Shown here: positions 49,955 through 59,927 of the stretch, piece after piece
How positions within the stretch are numbered: position 1 is the first letter of the stretch
Layout of the letters: the number at the start of each line of letters is the position of its first letter
NCBI GenBank assembly: GCA_964629785.1
Contig: CAZVRU010000005.1
Location: 27,225-90,615, forward strand
Direction of reading: 5' to 3'
Length of the DNA stretch: 63,391 nucleotides
Origin: an uncultured Planctomycetia bacterium
GTDB taxonomy: Bacteria > Omnitrophota > Gorgyraeia > Duberdicusellales > 4484-171
The notes under the pieces: model-generated
Told to the model about the DNA's origin: nothing
Database searches by the model: none
What the model saw: only the letters and a program-made list of their open reading frames with translations
Translations under genes and position numbers: made by a program

Positions 49955-50001
49955 CTTTTCCCGGGTTGGGTGTATTTTAAAATTTTAACCGGTATTGGCT
50001 T

Positions 50002-51333
50002 ATGTTCGTCTGTTCGCAATGCGGATATCAATCGATAAAGTGGCTGGGTAAATGCCCGGTATGCGAAAGCTGGGAATCTTTTGCCGAAGAAAAAAGGGTG
50101 TCGCCGGCTAAGCGTGCTGCGGCGCCGCGTTCTTCTCTTACCACTCTGGGTGAGGTCGGCAGCCGTAAACTCGACCGGATCTCGACGGGGATCTGTGAAC
50201 TGGATAATGTTCTGGGAGGCGGTCTGGTCAAAGGCGAAGTAGTGCTTCTCGGCGGCGAGCCGGGTGTGGGAAAATCGACATTGCTGCTTGAGGTAAGCGC
50301 CTTTTTGTCCCGGCAGGGTAAAGTGCTTTATGTCAGCGCCGAAGAATCGATAGAACAGGTGGCTTTGCGGGCCCAGCGTCTGAACATTCCGGAAAGCGGA
50401 TTTTTTCTTCTTAATGAAGACAATCTGGCCGAGGTATACAGCCATTTGCAGGCTGAACATTTCGATTATCTGATCATCGATTCTATCCAGGTGGTTTCTC
50501 ATCCTGAGCTGGAATCGCAGAAAGGCAGTGTCTCTCAGATAAAGGGGTGTGCCGATTTTCTTACTCAGATAGCTAAATCCACCGGTACGGTCGTGTTCAT
50601 CGTCGGTCATGTGACCAAAGAAGGAGCTATTGCCGGTCCTAAACTTCTCGAACATATAGTGGATTGTGTGCTTTATTTCGAGAGCGAAGTGATATCCAGT
50701 TTCAGAATCATACGGTCGATCAAGAACCGTTTCGGGCCGGCCGGCGAACTGGGAGCTTTCGAGATGACTTCTCAGGGATTGCGGGAATTGAAAAGTCTTT
50801 CTGATCTGTTTTTCCCTCACAAAACCCAGCCTGTGGCCGGCAGCAGCGTGGTCTGTGTGGTAGAGGGGATCAGGCCGATCATCGTGGAATTGCAGTCTCT
50901 GACCAGCAGTTCTTATTTCGGAGTAGTACGCCGCCGGTCCCTGGGATTTGATTTTAACCGTTTTTCGCTTCTGGTAGCGATAATCGAAACAAACCTAAAG
51001 CTTTCTCTGGCCGGAGAGGATGTTTTTTTAAGCGTCAGCGGAGGGTTCAGGATAAACGATCCCAGCGCCGATCTGGGGGCCTGTATGGCCATAGTTTCCA
51101 GTTTCCGGGATACGACTATCCCTGCTGGTTCGGTATTTCTGGGCGAGGTCGGTCTGGCCGGTGAGGTGCGGCCGATAAGCGCAATTCATGCCCGGTTAAA
51201 GGAGATAAAACGGGCCGGTTTTAAAAAGGTTTTTCTTCCCCGGGCCAATCTCAAAGAGGTCGGCCATGGCTTCAAGGGCCTTGAAGTCGAACCGGTTGAT
51301 TTTTTGAAAGAAGCCGTGACCAGGACATGGTAG
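50002..51333 (+). CDS. radA: DNA repair protein RadA/Sms
   Basis: CSQCG...W.GKCPVC, GGEPGVGKST, KNRFG, C-terminal Lon-like domain. Confidence 0.97.
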   Translation: MFVCSQCGYQSIKWLGKCPVCESWESFAEEKRVSPAKRAAAPRSSLTTLGEVGSRKLDRISTGICELDNVLGGGLVKGEVVLLGGEPGVGKSTLLLEVSAFLSRQGKVLYVSAEESIEQVALRAQRLNIPESGFFLLNEDNLAEVYSHLQAEHFDYLIIDSIQVVSHPELESQKGSVSQIKGCADFLTQIAKSTGTVVFIVGHVTKEGAIAGPKLLEHIVDCVLYFESEVISSFRIIRSIKNRFGPAGELGAFEMTSQGLRELKSLSDLFFPHKTQPVAGSSVVCVVEGIRPIIVELQSLTSSSYFGVVRRRSLGFDFNRFSLLVAIIETNLKLSLAGEDVFLSVSGGFRINDPSADLGACMAIVSSFRDTTIPAGSVFLGEVGLAGEVRPISAIHARLKEIKRAGFKKVFLPRANLKEVGHGFKGLEVEPVDFLKEAVTRTW

Positions 51334-51346
51334 AATATAGGGGAGA

Positions 51347-51365
51347 AAAAGTAGCGAGTAGAGAG
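51347..51365. repeat. Short heptamer array
   Basis: AAAAGTAG CGAGTAG AGAG; the reverse complement closely matches the array at 36797-36829. Confidence 0.65.
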
Positions 51366-51444
51366 AGGGAGCAATATTTCATAATCAGGCTCCCTTCGGA
51401 TATAATTTAATTATTTTTCGATCTTATCAAAAGGAGGTTTTCGT

Positions 51445-52422
51445 ATGATGAGTCTTACCTTGATCCGTATCTTTTTCGTACTCATCTGTGCCGGCGTGGG
51501 ATATCTTCTGGGGGGACCGCAGAATATGACTTTTGTCTTTGTCGGTCTGGTGATCGGCGTGCTGATGGTCTTTTTCGAAACGCTGGCCCGCCGTATTTCC
51601 CTTAAAGGGCTCTCGGCCGCGGTTTTCGGTATCGTGCTGGGTATGATCATGGCCCGTTTGTTCAGCGATTTTCTGAACCTGTTCCAGATGCCGGAAGAAG
51701 TGGGCTATGGCCTGCGGGTTTTTATCACCCTGGTATTTGTCTATGTCGGACTTACCCTGGGGCTTAAAGGCCGGGAAGAATTCCATCTGGTCATTCCTTA
51801 TGTGCGGTTTAAGAGACAGGAGATGAGAGAGGACAATGTCGTGGTCGACACCTCGAGTATTATCGATGGACGGATCATCGATATCGTCAAGTGCGGATTT
51901 CTCGATGCCAGATTTGTTGTACCCCGTTTTGTGCTTAAAGAACTCCAGACCCTGGCCGATTCCACTGATCACCTGAAAAGGCAGAGGGGTAAACGGGGCA
52001 TCGAGATATTGCATACCCTTAAAAAAGAACCCAATGTCGAAGTAGAGATCAGCGAACAGGATTTCGAAGGGATAACCGAAGTGGATGCCAAGGTGGTCAG
52101 CCTGGCCAAACTGATGGACGGCAAGATACTGACTACCGATTATAATCTTAACCGTATTGCTCAGCTTGAAGGTGTCAGAGTCCTTAATGTGAACGATCTT
52201 TCCAATGCTTTGAAACCGATCCTTCTTCCCGGTGAACAGATGGCCCTTAAACTCATCAAGGAAGGAAAAGAAGCCAACCAGGCAGTGGGATACCTGGATG
52301 ACGGGACAATGGTCATCGTGGAGAACGCCCGCTGGCTGATCGGGAAAAAGGTCGACGTGGAAGTGACTTCGGTACTGCAGTCTCCCAGCGGCAGGATCAT
52401 TTTTACCAAACTTACCGGATAG
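51445..52422 (+). CDS. Membrane PIN/TRAM domain protein (YacL-like)
   Basis: 4 TM, VDTSSIIDGRI, ELQ.LADS, TTDYNL, GYLDDGTM, TSVLQ. Confidence 0.92.
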   Translation: MMSLTLIRIFFVLICAGVGYLLGGPQNMTFVFVGLVIGVLMVFFETLARRISLKGLSAAVFGIVLGMIMARLFSDFLNLFQMPEEVGYGLRVFITLVFVYVGLTLGLKGREEFHLVIPYVRFKRQEMREDNVVVDTSSIIDGRIIDIVKCGFLDARFVVPRFVLKELQTLADSTDHLKRQRGKRGIEILHTLKKEPNVEVEISEQDFEGITEVDAKVVSLAKLMDGKILTTDYNLNRIAQLEGVRVLNVNDLSNALKPILLPGEQMALKLIKEGKEANQAVGYLDDGTMVIVENARWLIGKKVDVEVTSVLQSPSGRIIFTKLTG

Positions 52423-52433
52423 GAAAGTGTCTT

Positions 52434-53102
52434 ATGAGCATCGGTGTGGTACTGGTCTGTGCCGGCAGGGGGGTGCGGCTTAAACAGGGAAAAGCCAAGG
52501 CATTTGTAAAAGTGGCCGGACAGCCGCTTTACCGCTGGAGCCTTGATCTTTTTTCCCGGATACGCTCTATAAACCACATTGTCGTGGTCGCCGACAAAGC
52601 CTATCATCCTCTGATCCGGCGCTGTAAATGCGGAAAACCGCTGAGCCTGAGCCAGGGCGGCAGCCGCCGCCAGGATTCCGTGTATAACGGCGTCAGAGCT
52701 TTACCGGAAAGTATTGACAAAGTGATAGTCCATGACGGGGCCCGGCCGCTTTTGAACGAGAAGACAGTAAAAAAACTGATAAAAGCTCTTTCCGGTTATG
52801 ATTCGGTGACCTGCGGTCTGCCGGTAAAAGAAGCATTGAAAAAAGAGAAGCGCGGTTTTATCCGGGAAACAATGCGGCGTGAGCATGTCTGGTCTATCCA
52901 GACTCCCCAGGCCTTTGACCGCAAAAAGCTGTTGCAAGCTTACGCTGAATTCCGCCGGAATACAGTCTATGATGAGACCCAGCTTATGGAATTGGCAGGA
53001 GTAAAAACAAAACTTATCGAAGGCGATCCCCTTAATATCAAGATCACTTATCCTGACGATCTTAAAATGGCTGAGCTTCTGCTTTGCAGAAGCAGGGGGT
53101 AG
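52434..53102 (+). CDS. ispD: 2-C-methyl-D-erythritol 4-phosphate cytidylyltransferase
   Basis: AGRG.RL, RQDSVYNG, VHDGARP, IQTPQ, NIKITYPDDL. Confidence 0.93.
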   Translation: MSIGVVLVCAGRGVRLKQGKAKAFVKVAGQPLYRWSLDLFSRIRSINHIVVVADKAYHPLIRRCKCGKPLSLSQGGSRRQDSVYNGVRALPESIDKVIVHDGARPLLNEKTVKKLIKALSGYDSVTCGLPVKEALKKEKRGFIRETMRREHVWSIQTPQAFDRKKLLQAYAEFRRNTVYDETQLMELAGVKTKLIEGDPLNIKITYPDDLKMAELLLCRSRG

Positions 53103-53285
53103 CGTTTAGGGGCCGGGGGTCAGGCCCGTCTTGCCGGCGAGGCAGGGTTGCGACTGCGTCGCAGAAAAGGATTAATATGGATAAATTTTGAGAGAGATGG
53201 TTAATAACAATATAAAGCGTAATATGTATCTGGAATTTTTTTTTAGCGGGGCTTAACCCTAAACCCTATCCGCTATCCGCTATAA
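53093..53285. repeat. Heptamer mosaic between ispD and ispF
   Basis: G-rich arm TAGCGTT TAGGGGC, 22-bp palindrome 53125-53146, GCGAC-TGC-GTCGC (53150-53162), AT-rich core, C-rich arm AACCCTA AACCCTA TCCGCTA TCCGCTA (53255-53282). Confidence 0.88.
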
Positions 53286-53298
53286 CCTGTATTTGATT

Positions 53299-53781
53299 AT
53301 GGACGACTACAGAATAGGAACCGGTTTCGACGTACACAGATTCGCAGAGAAAAAAGAAGGAGATCTGATTTTGGGCGGCATAGTGATCGACAGCCCTTAT
53401 TCTCTGGAAGCGGTATCTGACGGAGATGTGGTGCTTCATGCTGTCTGCGACGCGCTATGCGGCGCTGCCGGCCTGGGAGATATAGGGGACATGTTCCCGC
53501 CTGAGGACAAGGCCAGCGCCGGAATATCGAGCCTGCAAATCGTTAAGGCTGTTCAGGAAAAAGTAAAGGATAAATACGTTATGGTCAATATGGATATCAC
53601 GATCATAGCCGAAAAGCCGCGTCTTTCCGGGCAGAAAGAGGCGATGACCGGTTCTCTGCAAAATATTTTTTCTGCGAATGAGGTCAATATAAAGATAAAA
53701 TCGAAAGAAGGGCTGAACATACTGGGCGGCAGTGAGGCTATCGCCTGTATGGCCACAGTGCTTTTAAAAAAGAGGGGATAG
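53299..53781 (+). CDS. ispF: 2-C-methyl-D-erythritol 2,4-cyclodiphosphate synthase
   Basis: RIGTGFDVH, SDGDVVLHAVCDALCGAAGLGDIG, NIK.KS.E. Confidence 0.95.
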   Translation: MDDYRIGTGFDVHRFAEKKEGDLILGGIVIDSPYSLEAVSDGDVVLHAVCDALCGAAGLGDIGDMFPPEDKASAGISSLQIVKAVQEKVKDKYVMVNMDITIIAEKPRLSGQKEAMTGSLQNIFSANEVNIKIKSKEGLNILGGSEAIACMATVLLKKRG

Positions 53782-53822
53782 CGTTTAGCGATTAGCGTTT
53801 AGGGTTGCCTGCAATGCAGGCA
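53779..53822. repeat. Heptamer array after ispF
   Basis: TAGCGTT TAGCGAT TAGCGTT TAGGGTT (53779-53806), then TGCCTGC-AAT-GCAGGCA. Confidence 0.88.
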
Positions 53823-53922
53823 AAAAATGTTCTGAATACTTGTTGCTTTTAGTAATTAGAAATTTATTTCCTGTCGCCATGTCACCCTCTGACTTGTCGA
53901 CTATACGAAAAAAGGAAGGGAT

Positions 53923-55386
53923 ATGATAAGGATACAGAATACCCTGACCGGGAAAAAAGAGGAATTCAAACCCCTGAAGCCGTCTCAGGTGAAGATGTAC
54001 GCCTGCGGCGTGACTGTCTATGATCACTGCCATATCGGCCATGCCCGGTCTCTTTATCTGTTCCAGGTGATAAAGAAATATCTTGAGTTCCGGGGCTATA
54101 ACGTCTCTTTTGTGCGCAATATCACCGATGTCGACGACAAGATCATCAACAAAGCCCGGGCCTGGGCTGATGAACAGGGTATTTCCCTGGAAGAGGCTTT
54201 TGAAAAGGTCAGAAAGACTTATATCGAAAGTTACCGGGAAGACCTGCAATTGCTGAACCTGCCTTTAGCGGACAGCGAGCCTCAGGCTACAAAGAACATA
54301 GAGGAAATGAAAGAGTATATCAAAAAACTTATCGATAAAGGTTATGCTTATGAAGCCGGCGGCAGTGTCTATTTTTCGGTGCGCAAATTCAAAGATTACG
54401 GTAAATTGTCGGGAAAGAAGATCGATGACCTGCTTGAATCGGTGCGCATCGATTCTGATCCCGATAAAAAAGATCCGCTCGATTTCGCTCTCTGGAAAAA
54501 AACAAAAGAAGACGAGCCCTGCTGGCCCAGTCCCTGGGGAAAAGGGCGGCCGGGCTGGCATATCGAGTGTTCGGTCATGAGCCAGAAATATCTCGGCGTC
54601 GATACTCTGGATATTCACGGCGGCGGCCGGGATCTGGTCTTCCCCCATCATGAGAACGAACTGGCCCAGTCCGAAGCTCTGACCGGAAAACCTTTTGCCT
54701 GTTACTGGATCCATCACGGACTGCTTTCCATTAATAACCAGAAAATGGCCAAGTCTCTGGGCAATTTCGTGACTATCAAGGATATCGTCAGAAAATATCC
54801 GGCCGATATCCTGAAACTGTTCTATCTCCAGGCCCATTATGCCAGCACCGTGGATTTTTCCTGGGAAAGAATGGATGAGGCGAAGAAAGCCTTGGATAAG
54901 ATAGCGATCCTGTATAATAATCTTAAGATTACTATCGAAAAGTTAAAAGAGAAATGGAATGAAAGCAATGAGACTGCTTATGAAAAAAATATGGCGGCAG
55001 CCCAAAGAAGAGTCGATGAGTACAAGAACAGGTTCATCGAATACATGGACGATGATTTTAACACGGCCCGGGCCCTTTCGGTAATATTCGATCTGGTCAA
55101 TGAATGCAACCGTATTATGGACAGTAAAAAGCCGGGCGATGAAGCCTTTCTGGATGAGGCCCGAAAACTGCTGGAAGAATTTGCCGGGTTGTTTTTGCTG
55201 AGCCTTGAATACCGGAAAGAACTGCCGCTTCCTGCCGGGGAGATAGAGGCAATGGTCGAGGCCAGAAAGAAATTAAAACAGCAGAAGGATTATAAGGCGG
55301 CAGACGGCATCCGCGCCGACCTGGAAAAACAGGGAATTATCCTTGAAGATAAACGCGACGGCACCACTGTCTGGAGAGTTAAATGA
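53923..55386 (+). CDS. cysS: Cysteine--tRNA ligase
   Basis: CG.TVYD..HIGHAR, GRPGWHIECS, FPHHENE, KMAKS, DDFNT. Confidence 0.97.
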   Translation: MIRIQNTLTGKKEEFKPLKPSQVKMYACGVTVYDHCHIGHARSLYLFQVIKKYLEFRGYNVSFVRNITDVDDKIINKARAWADEQGISLEEAFEKVRKTYIESYREDLQLLNLPLADSEPQATKNIEEMKEYIKKLIDKGYAYEAGGSVYFSVRKFKDYGKLSGKKIDDLLESVRIDSDPDKKDPLDFALWKKTKEDEPCWPSPWGKGRPGWHIECSVMSQKYLGVDTLDIHGGGRDLVFPHHENELAQSEALTGKPFACYWIHHGLLSINNQKMAKSLGNFVTIKDIVRKYPADILKLFYLQAHYASTVDFSWERMDEAKKALDKIAILYNNLKITIEKLKEKWNESNETAYEKNMAAAQRRVDEYKNRFIEYMDDDFNTARALSVIFDLVNECNRIMDSKKPGDEAFLDEARKLLEEFAGLFLLSLEYRKELPLPAGEIEAMVEARKKLKQQKDYKAADGIRADLEKQGIILEDKRDGTTVWRVK

Positions 55387-56018
55387 AAAAGAAAAAAGGA
55401 TTTTTCGTCACGGTCGAGGGACTGGAAGGAAGCGGCAAAAGCAGTGTCATCGTGTTTCTGGAAAAGTATCTGAAAAAGCAGAAACTTTTGGTAAAAGTGT
55501 TCCGTGACCCCGGTTCTACCAAAACCGGCGAAATGATCCGGGATATTCTTCTGGCCAATAAAAGCAAAGTATCGGCCCAGACCGAATTGTTGTTGTACCT
55601 GGCTGCCCGCAGCCAGCTTATCGAGGAAAAACTGCTGGCCGCTTTCAAAAAATATGATGTGGTTATCTGCGACCGGTTTTACGATTCGACTATCGCCTAT
55701 CAGGGATACGGTCTGGGCCTGGGCAAACTGGCCGAAGAGGGGGCTTTGCTGTTCAACCGGGGAGTCGTTCCCGATCTGACCCTGCTTCTGGAAAGCGACG
55801 TGAAAAGGTCTTTGAACCGCATCAAAAATAAGGACCGCATCGAAAGCCGTCCTTTTGTTTTCCATAATAAGCTGAAAAAAGGATTTGCCGCCCTGGCTTG
55901 TAAAAATAAAGACCGGATAAAGGTCATTCCGGCTGATTCGAACCTGGACGAGATATACAAACATGTTTCGCTCAGCGTAGATAAATATCTGAAGAAATGG
56001 AAGCTCATCAAAAGATAA
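55383..56018 (+). CDS. tmk: Thymidylate kinase
   Basis: EGLEGSGKS, DRFYDST.AYQG, PDLT, DRIE. Confidence 0.95.
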   Translation: MKKKKGFFVTVEGLEGSGKSSVIVFLEKYLKKQKLLVKVFRDPGSTKTGEMIRDILLANKSKVSAQTELLLYLAARSQLIEEKLLAAFKKYDVVICDRFYDSTIAYQGYGLGLGKLAEEGALLFNRGVVPDLTLLLESDVKRSLNRIKNKDRIESRPFVFHNKLKKGFAALACKNKDRIKVIPADSNLDEIYKHVSLSVDKYLKKWKLIKR

Positions 56019-56785
56019 TAGATTATTTTTCTTTTCTGAAAAAGAAAGACTGTATTTCTTTTTCCTATCTTTTTACCGGCAAAGATCTGCTGGAGATAAG
56101 CCGGACCGTGGCCAGAGTGGTCAATTGCCGGGAAAGCGATACATTTTGCGGTAACTGTCCTGCCTGCCGGGATCTAAAGAGGGATGTCTCGGCCGATATT
56201 ATGATCGTCGATGAGCCGCTATCCATAAAGATAGAGCATATCCGTCAGGCCCAGCGTTTCCTGAGCTTAAAGACAGTAAATACGGAACGTAAGGTGCTGA
56301 TCATCAATAATGCCCATACCATGGGCGAAGAAGCAGCCAATGCTTTTTTAAAGACCCTGGAAGAGCCGCCGGCGCATTCCCTGATCATTCTTCTGACCAG
56401 CCGTCTGGACAGTATTCTGCCGACGATAATCTCCCGCTGCCGTAAACTTTACTGCCCGGCGCCGGATGAGTACTGTTTTTCCGACCGTTCTCTGATGGAA
56501 AAATTTATTTCCCAGAGCAGGCTGAAGCTTAAAGAACGGGTGGCAGCCGAGGGCCTTTTTTCCGATCTGATTGTCTTTCTGAGAGATAGGATTATTTACC
56601 GGATCACGGGAGAGAGAAAGAAGTTGCTTGAGCCCGGCAGTTATGAGATAATTTTACCTTCAGAGGACACCCCTGAAGTGCTTATCGGCCAGCTTGAGCA
56701 GGCTTTGGAATTATACAATGAACTGGATACCATAAATCTTAATCTGGCCGGAAATATCATGCAGGCAGCTCTTACCTCTTGTTGA
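55997..56785 (+). CDS. holB: DNA polymerase III delta' subunit (short, divergent)
   Basis: CGNCPAC, IKIEHIR, AANAFLKTLEEPP, LPTIISRC; position tmk-holB-PSP1. Confidence 0.85.
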   Translation: MEAHQKIIDYFSFLKKKDCISFSYLFTGKDLLEISRTVARVVNCRESDTFCGNCPACRDLKRDVSADIMIVDEPLSIKIEHIRQAQRFLSLKTVNTERKVLIINNAHTMGEEAANAFLKTLEEPPAHSLIILLTSRLDSILPTIISRCRKLYCPAPDEYCFSDRSLMEKFISQSRLKLKERVAAEGLFSDLIVFLRDRIIYRITGERKKLLEPGSYEIILPSEDTPEVLIGQLEQALELYNELDTINLNLAGNIMQAALTSC

Positions 56786-56877
56786 TCCGGTATAAAGACG
56801 ATCAGGCATCCCGGAGAAGGCAGACAATAAGCTGCCGGACCGGTCAGTCAGGGCGAAGATAAAGGCGGTGAACAAAG

Positions 56878-57654
56878 ATGAGAATAGCGATAGTACGTTT
56901 AAGAGAGGCAGGAAACATCGGTAATTATATCGCCACTGACGATATAAGGCCCGGGGCTCTGGTCATTGTGGAAGGAGACCGGGGAGTAGATTACGGGGAA
57001 GTATTGGAGATATTCGAGGAAGACAAGAAAGTCAATTTCAAGAAGATAGTAAGAGTAATGAGCCCCGAGGATAATAAGCAGATCAGGGACAACGAGAAAC
57101 AGGCAAAAGACGCATTGCAGATATGCAGCCGTAAGGTGCGCGAACATAAGCTTAATATGAAGCTGGTCGAGGCCGAATATTCTTTCGACCGCAAAAAGAT
57201 AATATTTTATTTTACTTCCGAAGGCCGGATCGATTTTCGGGAACTGGTCAAAGATCTGGCAAAAATATTCAAGATACGCATCGAGATGCGCCAGATCGGC
57301 GTTCGTGACGAAGCCCGTTTGTTCGGAGGGGTCGGCCCCTGCGGACGGCCGCTGTGCTGCGTGAGATTTTTGAAGAATTTCGAACCGGTAAGCATCAAAA
57401 TGGCCAAAACCCAGCGACTTCCTCTCAATCCCTCGAAAATATCCGGCATTTGCGGACGTCTGATGTGCTGTCTGTTTTACGAATACAAGAATTACAAAGA
57501 ACTTGCCAAAGGACTTCCCAAGGAAGGTCAGGTGGTCCAGACCGGCAGAGGCAAGGGCAAAGTGATCGCAGTAAACGTATTAAAACGGCAGGTCTATGTC
57601 AATCTGGAAGACGGATGCATAGAAAAGGTCAGTTATCCGCAGAAAGATGAATAA
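56878..57654 (+). CDS. PSP1/YaaT (RicT) family protein
   Basis: RIDFRELVKDLA, RIEMRQIGVRDEA, CGR.LCC, KISG.CGRLMCCL.YE. Confidence 0.93.
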   Translation: MRIAIVRLREAGNIGNYIATDDIRPGALVIVEGDRGVDYGEVLEIFEEDKKVNFKKIVRVMSPEDNKQIRDNEKQAKDALQICSRKVREHKLNMKLVEAEYSFDRKKIIFYFTSEGRIDFRELVKDLAKIFKIRIEMRQIGVRDEARLFGGVGPCGRPLCCVRFLKNFEPVSIKMAKTQRLPLNPSKISGICGRLMCCLFYEYKNYKELAKGLPKEGQVVQTGRGKGKVIAVNVLKRQVYVNLEDGCIEKVSYPQKDE

Positions 57655-59176
57655 AGCTTATATCACTACGCCTCTTTATTATGTCAACGGTTCTCCCCAT
57701 ATAGGACACGCCTACAGTACTATCTGCGCCGATACTTATGCCCGCTTTAACCGGCTGTGCGGCCGCGAAGTCTTTTTTCTTACCGGTACTGACGAGCACG
57801 GTGAAAAGATACGCAAAGCTGCCGAGGCATCCGCTAAAGAGCCCCGCGAGTTTGTCGACGCGATCGTGGAAAATTTCCGGGATCTCTGGAAAACCCTGGA
57901 TATCTCATATGATTTCTTCATTCGTACCACGGACCGGGATCATGTCTCGGTAGTACAAAAAGCGGTTCAAAACCTTTATGAGAAAGGGGATATCTATAAA
58001 TCGGTGTATACAGGATATTATTGTGTGCACTGCGAGTCTTTTTTCAGCGAATCGCAGGTGAAAGATTCGGGCTATCTCTGCTGTGACTGCAAACGTCCTC
58101 TGGAAGAAATAGAAGAAGCCAATTATTTTTTCCGTTTATCCAGATATGAGCAATGGCTCACTGATTATTTAAAGGATAACCCCGGTTTCATTTTTCCCGC
58201 GATACGTTACAACGAAGTGACCGGATTTCTCAAAAACAACCGTCTTGATGATCTCTGCATTTCCCGTCCCAAAAAAAGGGTCAGCTGGGGCATAGAACTT
58301 CCTTTCGACACCGATTATATAATCTATGTCTGGTTCGATGCTTTGCTTAACTATATCAGCGCTCTTGGTTACGGGAGCGGGGAAAAGCGATTCGAAAAGT
58401 GGTGGCCGGCTGATGTTCAGTTCATGGCCAAAGATATTTTGCGTCAGCATGCGGTGTTCTGGCCGGTCATGCTTCATGCTCTGGGTATCGATCCGCCGCG
58501 TCTGGTCTGTGCTCACGGCTGGTGGCTGGTAAAAGAAGAGAAAATGTCCAAATCAAAAGGCAATGTAATCAATCCCTATGATCTGGTAAACGAATTCGGC
58601 AGAGATGCTTTGCGCTATTTTCTTCTGCGGGAGATTTCTTTCGGCATGGACGGAAGTTTTTCCCGTCAGGCTCTGATCAGCCGGATCAATTCCGACCTGG
58701 CCAATGATCTGGGTAATCTGGTGTTCAGAGTGCTGAATATGGCCGAGAAATATTTTTCCGGCCGGCTGGCCTCTTCCCGTACCGACATCCCCGAAGTTTT
58801 CAAAATCTATACCGAAAGCCTGGCCGAAAAATACGCGGCCCGGATGGAATCTCTTGATTTTTCCGGGGCTCTGGAAGAGGTGTGGAATTTCGTCAAGGTC
58901 ATGAATAAATTCATAGAAGACACCAAACCCTGGGCATTATGGAAAGAAAAAAAGCAGGACGAGCTGGCCTGGTTCATGCGTTCTCTGGTCGAAGGCATAA
59001 AGATAGTAGCGGTTTTGATCTCCCCGGTCATGCCCGATACCGCTTTTTCGATTTTTCGGCAGATCGGCAGCCCGCGGGAAAAGACCGGATTAAAGATCGA
59101 AGATGCCCGATGGACTTCGGCTGAATACAGGATCAGCAAAGAGGCCCCTTTATTTCCCCGGATAGATGTTGATTGA
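57647..59176 (+). CDS. metG: Methionine--tRNA ligase (short monomeric form)
   Basis: PHIGHAY, TGTDEHG, YVWFDAL, KMSKS; no C-terminal tRNA-binding domain. Confidence 0.96.
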   Translation: MNKAYITTPLYYVNGSPHIGHAYSTICADTYARFNRLCGREVFFLTGTDEHGEKIRKAAEASAKEPREFVDAIVENFRDLWKTLDISYDFFIRTTDRDHVSVVQKAVQNLYEKGDIYKSVYTGYYCVHCESFFSESQVKDSGYLCCDCKRPLEEIEEANYFFRLSRYEQWLTDYLKDNPGFIFPAIRYNEVTGFLKNNRLDDLCISRPKKRVSWGIELPFDTDYIIYVWFDALLNYISALGYGSGEKRFEKWWPADVQFMAKDILRQHAVFWPVMLHALGIDPPRLVCAHGWWLVKEEKMSKSKGNVINPYDLVNEFGRDALRYFLLREISFGMDGSFSRQALISRINSDLANDLGNLVFRVLNMAEKYFSGRLASSRTDIPEVFKIYTESLAEKYAARMESLDFSGALEEVWNFVKVMNKFIEDTKPWALWKEKKQDELAWFMRSLVEGIKIVAVLISPVMPDTAFSIFRQIGSPREKTGLKIEDARWTSAEYRISKEAPLFPRIDVD

Positions 59177-59927
59177 TACTCATTGTCACATCAATTCTCT
59201 GGCTGACGACCGGATCGATGAGCTTCGCGCCATCAGTCCGGAAGATAAAATTTTTGTCGATGTAAGTATCGACCCTCATTCTTCGGAAAGATCCCTGGCT
59301 CTGGCCGGCTCGATGCCCTGTGTTTATTCCTGTCTGGGCTTTCATCCTTTCAGTATTGATCAATATCAGGAAAAAACAGCGGAAAAATATGCCGGATATA
59401 TCCGCAATAACAGTAAGGTGATCGGTATCGGTGAAGTAGGCCTTGACTGCACGGCATCGTTTGCCATGGAAGATCAGGTGAAGATACTGGAAAAGTTCAT
59501 CGATCTGGCCGGGCAGAACCAACTGCCCCTGGCGATCCATAACCGTCTAAATTCTTTTTTGATCTTCGAGGTGCTGGACCGGTTTATGAAGACTTATGAT
59601 AAGGTAGTGTTCCATTGTTTTTCCCAGGACAGTGAATTCCTGCGGCGGATAATCGACAAGAACGGTATGGTATCTTTTTCTCTGAACATCCTGCGCCGCA
59701 AAAAAAAGATCGTCGATGCCCTGCAAGAGATACCGCTGGATAATCTTATCCTGGAGACCGATTCTCCTTATATGAGGATCGAGGGACAGCCTTCGCATCC
59801 CCTGGATATCGAAAAGGTATATGAGTTTGTGTCCCGGGAAAAAGACCTTGAACGAGCGGCACTGGAAAAGAAGATAAGGGAAAACGTCAGCCGGATATTC
59901 AGGATACAGGCAGAGGACAGGAAGTAG
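59166..59927 (+). CDS. tatD: TatD family nuclease
   Basis: DTHCH, GFHP, IGEVGLD, IHNR, FHCFS, LETDSPY. Confidence 0.93.
   Translation: MLIDTHCHINSLADDRIDELRAISPEDKIFVDVSIDPHSSERSLALAGSMPCVYSCLGFHPFSIDQYQEKTAEKYAGYIRNNSKVIGIGEVGLDCTASFAMEDQVKILEKFIDLAGQNQLPLAIHNRLNSFLIFEVLDRFMKTYDKVVFHCFSQDSEFLRRIIDKNGMVSFSLNILRRKKKIVDALQEIPLDNLILETDSPYMRIEGQPSHPLDIEKVYEFVSREKDLERAALEKKIRENVSRIFRIQAEDRK

Noticed and set aside
53823-53922. Leader of cysS as a possible T-box, given the Firmicutes-like operon
   Set aside because: Too short, and no T-box consensus or specifier stem is visible.
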